DNA from: Macrostomum lignano
Lineage: Eukaryota
DNA: 64,000 nt
Assembly: GCA_002269645.1 (NCBI GenBank)
Contig: NIVC01002967.1
Span: 1 to 64,000 of the forward strand
Direction: 5' to 3'
The notes beneath the pieces were generated by a model. That model worked only from the letters and a program-made list of their open reading frames with translations. It ran no database searches and was not told the DNA's origin. The position numbers and the translations under genes were made by a program. This document shows, one piece after another, positions 58,736 through 64,000 of this stretch. The number at the start of each line of letters is the position of its first letter. Positions within the stretch are counted from its first letter, which is position 1.

Positions 58736-60257
58736 CATTGGGTGTGGACATCACCGGAGTAGCTGGAAAGGCGTCCGCAGATTCTGATAGAGGCGGGGGC
58801 GCCGAGGCATTGGGCGCCGAGGCTTCCGCCGCCGAGGCATCGGGCGCCGAGGCTTCGGCCGCCGAGGCCACCGATCCCGACCCAGATGTGCTGGGCAGTG
58901 TCATCTGTAGCTCAGACGACACGGAAGCTAAGGCACCGTCAGCAGGGGCAGGAGCAGCGGTTTTGCGCGCGTTTGCGCGGAACGCCGACCGTATAGCACC
59001 CGTGATAGTCGCCCTTCGACGGTGCATTCTCTGGCGGGCTTTAAAGTTGTAGTGGGGAACAACCTTTTAGTTTAAATTCTCATTAGTTACTACAATCATA
59101 AAACAGCATACTCTTAAACTTAGCAACCTGTTTCACATCTTGAAGGCAAAAGTTTAATACGTACAATGCCGGGCCAATATAAAGGGTACGAATATCGGGA
59201 GTAAGGTATGGGTATTAAAAAGTTATTTCACTACACTCTGTAAAGTTAATACGTACGTAAAGTTGTAAATTTTATTGAGTAGGAAAATAGTTACTTCACA
59301 TACGTTCTCTGTATACTGCCTTCCGGTTTTAATACGTACTTGGAAATTGATACGTTGCAAATTCGGATAAATTAGCACGCAGTAAAAATTTAGCACTTCA
59401 TACGCGTTGCTAATTTAAGAACAAATTTAAGTGCATATTGTTTTCAAAATTCTTTTCCACTCACCATACTGTAGGCCAAATTTTTTCTTCAAGCTTTGGA
59501 ACTGTCGGTGTTGCGTCCAGTGCCACCTGCCCGCCCTGGTCGCAACAGGCGCCACATGCCGCTCGGTGTCAGGCCGGACTTGCTGTTCTGCCCGCTCCGC
59601 TTCGCCTTCGACAGCCTGCGAGTGGGGCTCCGGGTCGACGCTTTCCGGGAAAGCCAGAAAGGACGCCATGAATGATTCGGCCATAGACAATGCGGTGTCA
59701 TAGGCGACGGCGTCAGACTCCTTCAGGAATGTTTCAGTAGGAGTTGGGTATTTGCTAGAGATTGTAAATTATACGCACATCAATATAAAGAGACATTTTT
59801 GATCACTTACGACGGTCCGAAACCGGAGATCCGTCGGGAAGCATGGGCCAGGAGATATGCTCGTCTCGTGCCGGCCATGCTCTTGGCTGTAGCGGCACGA
59901 CTCAAGCGTGCAAGAGTTAATGCTGAGGACAAGCAGGAACTCGGTGGTGGTCCCCTTGCTGAACCCTTTCATACAGCCGAAGAGCATTCCGGTGTTGCGG
60001 CCAAGCCGTCTGTTGATGGCATTATTCTCGCCGACAAGGAAGGCAGTTAATTGCGCATGCAATGGAGCCTCGGCCTCGTTGCGCAGCATCAGAAGGACGG
60101 CCTTGGCCAAGGGCGCGAAATCAAACACGCGCGGACGCTGACTGCCGGTAGGCTGCGTTGGACTGCAATGGTCGCACGGGAGCAGCTCCAAATCTTGACA
60201 GCGTCGGGCCGTCGGGCCCTCCCCAAAGTATTGGAGCAGCTGGATGTTGCGACAGGT
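58736..60257 (-). pseudogene. Spliced gene fragment starting with a RecQ RQC (Zn-binding + winged helix)-like exon
   Basis: Exon 60257-59811: CRNIQLLQYFGE...C...CDHC...DFAPLAKAVL...LVGEN...FGCMKG. Further GT-AG exons at 59754-59465 and 59038-58736 splice in frame with each other; the first junction is out of frame. Confidence 0.7.
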
Positions 60258-60349
60258 CTGAGAAATTTGCAGATGAGTAGTAAAAATTATTCTACGTTGC
60301 AGAGTTTCACACAAATATTTTGCTACCTTCCGAATTTCATACACCTATT

Positions 60350-61265
60350 ACGTAGCAAAGTCTATGGGTAGTAAAATGATTTTACTACGTATCTGAAATA
60401 AATACACACCCAGTGTACCCAATTCTTAGGTAGTAATTTCTTTTTGGCCTACAAACAATTTGAGACGCCGGAAAGGTCTCCATCGTAATCAGCGCATTGA
60501 ATTTAGCTAGTGTGAATAATTTCCTATGGAAATAAGTTACCCACCCCGACTGCTTGGCGGCCAATGTGCAGTTGTGAAAAACTGACGCGGATTGCTAAGT
60601 CGAACTCAGATTTTGGCGAAGTCTGTGAATTCAAGAAAATTAAAATTACCCGGCGACTAGCTCAATCGACTGGATATCAGTCCAGCAGGCGCTACTTTGA
60701 CTGGCGCCGGTCAAAGTACTTCCCTGAGGTCTCAGGGACGAAATAAGATATTTTGCTACGCTTCAGAATTTCGTACACAAGTTACGCAGCAAAGTCTTTG
60801 GGTAGTAAAATGAATTTTACTACGTATCTAAAATGAATAGCCACGCAGCGTACCAAATTCTTAGGTACTAAATTCAATTTTGGCCTACGAACGATTTCAG
60901 ACGCCGAAAAGCTCTCTGCTGTAATCTACGCATTGAATTTAGCTACTGTGAAGTATTTCCTAGGGAAAAAAGTTACCCACCCCGAGTGCTTGGCGGCCAA
61001 TCCGCAGTTGTGAAAACTGATGCCGATTTTGGAAGTCGAGCTCAGATTTTGGCGAGGTCTGTGAATTCAAGAAAATTAAAATTAAGTGGCGACTAGTTCA
61101 ATCGACTGGACATCACTCCAGCAGGCGCTGCTTCGACTGGCTCCGTTCAAAGTACTTCCCTGAGGTCTCAGGGACGAAATAAGATATTTTGCTACGCTTC
61201 AGAATTTCGTACACAAGTTACGCAGCAAAGTCTTTGGGTAGTAAAATGTTTTACTACGTATCTAA
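60350..61265. repeat. ~435-bp tandem repeat (~2.1 copies) with a GTAGTAAAA/TTTTACTAC hairpin; dispersed partial copy at 58185-58325
   Basis: The hairpin recurs at 60367, 60801 and 61237, and at 58197. Confidence 0.9.
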
Positions 61266-61499
61266 AATTTAATACGCAATACCGTCGTTATATGAATTAT
61301 GGCTTTTTAAGTATTTCAACATCAGAATATTTGAAACTATAATTTTTCGATGCCGTTCTTCATTTTGCATCCATTAAACAGGGTGCTAAAAATTGTAGAG
61401 ATTATTTCTTTAAATGTTATGCGTTTAATTTGTAGTTGCGAGATTTTTCGCTTTGTTGAACCAATTCGTTAGTGCGTGACCTCTGTTGACTATTTCTCC

Positions 61500-62371
61500 T
61501 AAATATTTCACAATTTTGTGAATATTGATATTTGGGAATGTCAGCATATGTAAATTTAAATTCTATACACTCTAGGCATATTCAAATTACAATTTGTATG
61601 ATATTTGTGATATTGTATGATATATAGCACTTGAACCAACTGTCAGCAGTGGCTAAAACTTAGGAGTGCAAATATGTATATTTAATACATACAGTTGTAT
61701 TAAAGTTACAACTTTAATACAATATCTAGTAATATTCTACTAGATATTACCTATAAGTAGAAATAGGTAATATCTACCTATTAAAATAGGTAGAGCTTTA
61801 GCAAATTTGGCAACTCGGTTATATTTGAGGATATCAGTATATAAAAATTTAAATTACATACACTCTAAGCATATTAAAATTACATTTTGTATGATATTTG
61901 TGATATTGTATGACAAAATAGCACTTTAACCAACTGTCAGCAGTGGCTAAAATTTAGGAGTGCAAGTATATATATATGTATATATATATATATATTAAAG
62001 TAGGTAGAGCTTTACCAAATTTGGCAACTCGGTTATATTTGAGGATATCAGTATATAAAAATTTAAATTGCATACACTCTAAGCATATTAAAATTACATT
62101 TTGTATGATATTTGTGATTTTGTATGACAATATAGCACTTCAACCAACTGTCAGCAGTGGCTAAAATTTAGGAGTGCAAATATATATTAAAATAGGTAGA
62201 GCTTTAGCAAATTTGCCAACTCACTTATATTTGAGGATATCAGTATATGAAAATTTAAATTCCATACACTCTAAGCATATTAAAATTAGAATTTGTATGA
62301 TATTTGTGATTTTGTATGACAATATAGCACTTCAACCAACTGTCAGTAGTGGCTAAAATTTAGGAGTGCAA

Positions 62372-62402
<31 letters not shown>

Positions 62403-63800
62403 TAGGTAGAGCCTTAGGCTTAGCAAATTTGGCAACTCAGTTATATTTGAGGATATCAGTATATGAAAATTTAAATTCCATACACGTTAAGCATATTAAA
62501 ATTAGAATTTGTATGATATTTGTGATTTTGTATGACAAAATAGCACTTTAACCAACTGTCAGTAGTGGCTAAAATTTAGGAGTGCAAATTTTTATATATA
62601 TATTAAAATAGGTAGAGCCTTAGACTTAGCAAATTTGGCAACTCAGTTATATTTGAGAATATCAGTATATGAAAATTTAAATTCCATACACTCTAAGCAT
62701 ATTAAAATTAGAATTTGTATGATATTTGTGATATTGTATGACAATATAGCACTTCAACCAACTGTCAGTAGTGGCTAAAATTTAGGAGTGCAAATATATA
62801 TATATATATATTAAAATAGGTAGAGCTTTAGCAAATTTGGCAACTCGGTTATATTTGAGGATATCAGTATATGAAAATTTAAATTCCATACACTTTAAGC
62901 ATATTAAAATTAGAATTTGTATGATATTTGTGATATTGTATGACAAAATATCACTTTAACCAACTGTCAGCAGTGGCTAAAATTTAGGAGTGCAAGTATA
63001 TATATATGTATATATATATATTAAAGTAGGTAGAGCTTTACCAAATTTGGCAACTCGGTTATATTTGAGGATATCAGTATATAAAAATTTAAATTGCATA
63101 CACTCTAAGCATATTAAAATTACATTTTGTATGATATTTGTGATTTTGTATGACAATATAGCACTTCAACCAACTGTCAGCAGTGGCTAAAATGTAGGAG
63201 TGCAAATATATATATTAAAATATTAAAATAGGTAGAGCTTTAGCGAATTCGGCAACTGAGTTATATTTGACGACATCAGTATATGAAACTTTAAATTCCA
63301 TACACTCTAAGCATATTAAAATTAGAATTTGTATCATATTTCTGATATTGTATGACAATATAGCACTTTAACCAACTGACAGCAGTGGCTAAAATTTAAG
63401 AGTGCAAATATATATTAAAATAGGTAGAGCTTTAGCAAATTTGCCAACTCACTTATATTTGAGGATATCAGTATATGAAAATTTAAATTCGAGACACTCT
63501 AAGCATATTAAAATTACAATTTGTATGATATTTGTGATATTGTATGACAATATAGAACTTCAACCAACTGTCAGCAGTGGCTAAAATTTAGGAATATTTA
63601 GGAGTGCAAATATATATATATATATTAAAATACGTAGAGCTTTAGCAAATTTGCAACTCACTTATGTTTGAGGATATCAGTATATAAAAATTGAAATTCC
63701 AGACACTCTAACCATATTAAAATTACAACTTGATGAGCATATAGAAATACTAATTTGATATTGTATGAGATTGTGAAACTTTAACCATCTGCCATTGGTG
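61500..63800. repeat. AT-rich ~200-bp satellite with variable (TA)n
   Basis: Anchor ccaactgtcag.agtggctaaa recurs about 10 times at spacings of roughly 190-220 bp (first interval longer). Confidence 0.97.
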
Positions 63801-64000
63801 CCCAAAATTCAAGAGTCGCAATATATATTTATTAATTTAATAAGCCTATCAGAAGGCCGAATGTATATTCGAAATGAGTTTTCAAATGTAGATTGATTGC
63901 AATATTTAATTATTTTACATTCCTTGCCGCACATAACTTTCTCTTAACTATTGCAGAATGCAGTTGATTGCTTCAGATTTTGCTACCTAAAAATTTGGTA

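Noticed and set aside
61976-63584. Repeated 60-66 aa ORFs in the terminal satellite
   Set aside because: Products of the ~200-bp repeat unit with GTG/TA-run starts; no coding signal.

Overview
Eukaryotic (metazoan; TTAGGG-type telomeric repeats, spliceosomal introns) repeat-dense DNA with no clearly intact ordinary host gene. 1-10.9 kb is a Polinton/Maverick (adintovirus-like) endogenous virus on the minus strand. It carries a major capsid protein (frameshifted), a basic core protein, an rve integrase with chromodomain, penton, A32/FtsK ATPase, parvo-type PLA2 and dUTPase. Its pPolB keeps only the two ends, bridged by a microsatellite. Unusually, it also has a TBP-like gene and a spliced OB-fold SSB-like gene, and a TATAAG motif sits about 40-60 nt upstream of five of its genes. 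11-17.8 kb holds minisatellites, a Penelope fragment with inverted hammerhead-bearing repeats, and an RPA70-like OB-fold gene behind a CCAAT cluster. 17.8-55.8 kb is a pile-up of retroelements: a young Gypsy inserted in a telomere-repeat palindrome, an R2-like element with an RTE-like insert, several Jockey/I-like LINEs, a solo LTR and a second decayed Gypsy. 55.8-60.3 kb has a second pPolB fragment, a D5-like helicase fragment and spliced RecQ RQC-like exons, followed by 435-bp and ~200-bp satellites. All protein calls are from motif recognition by eye; no database search was run.
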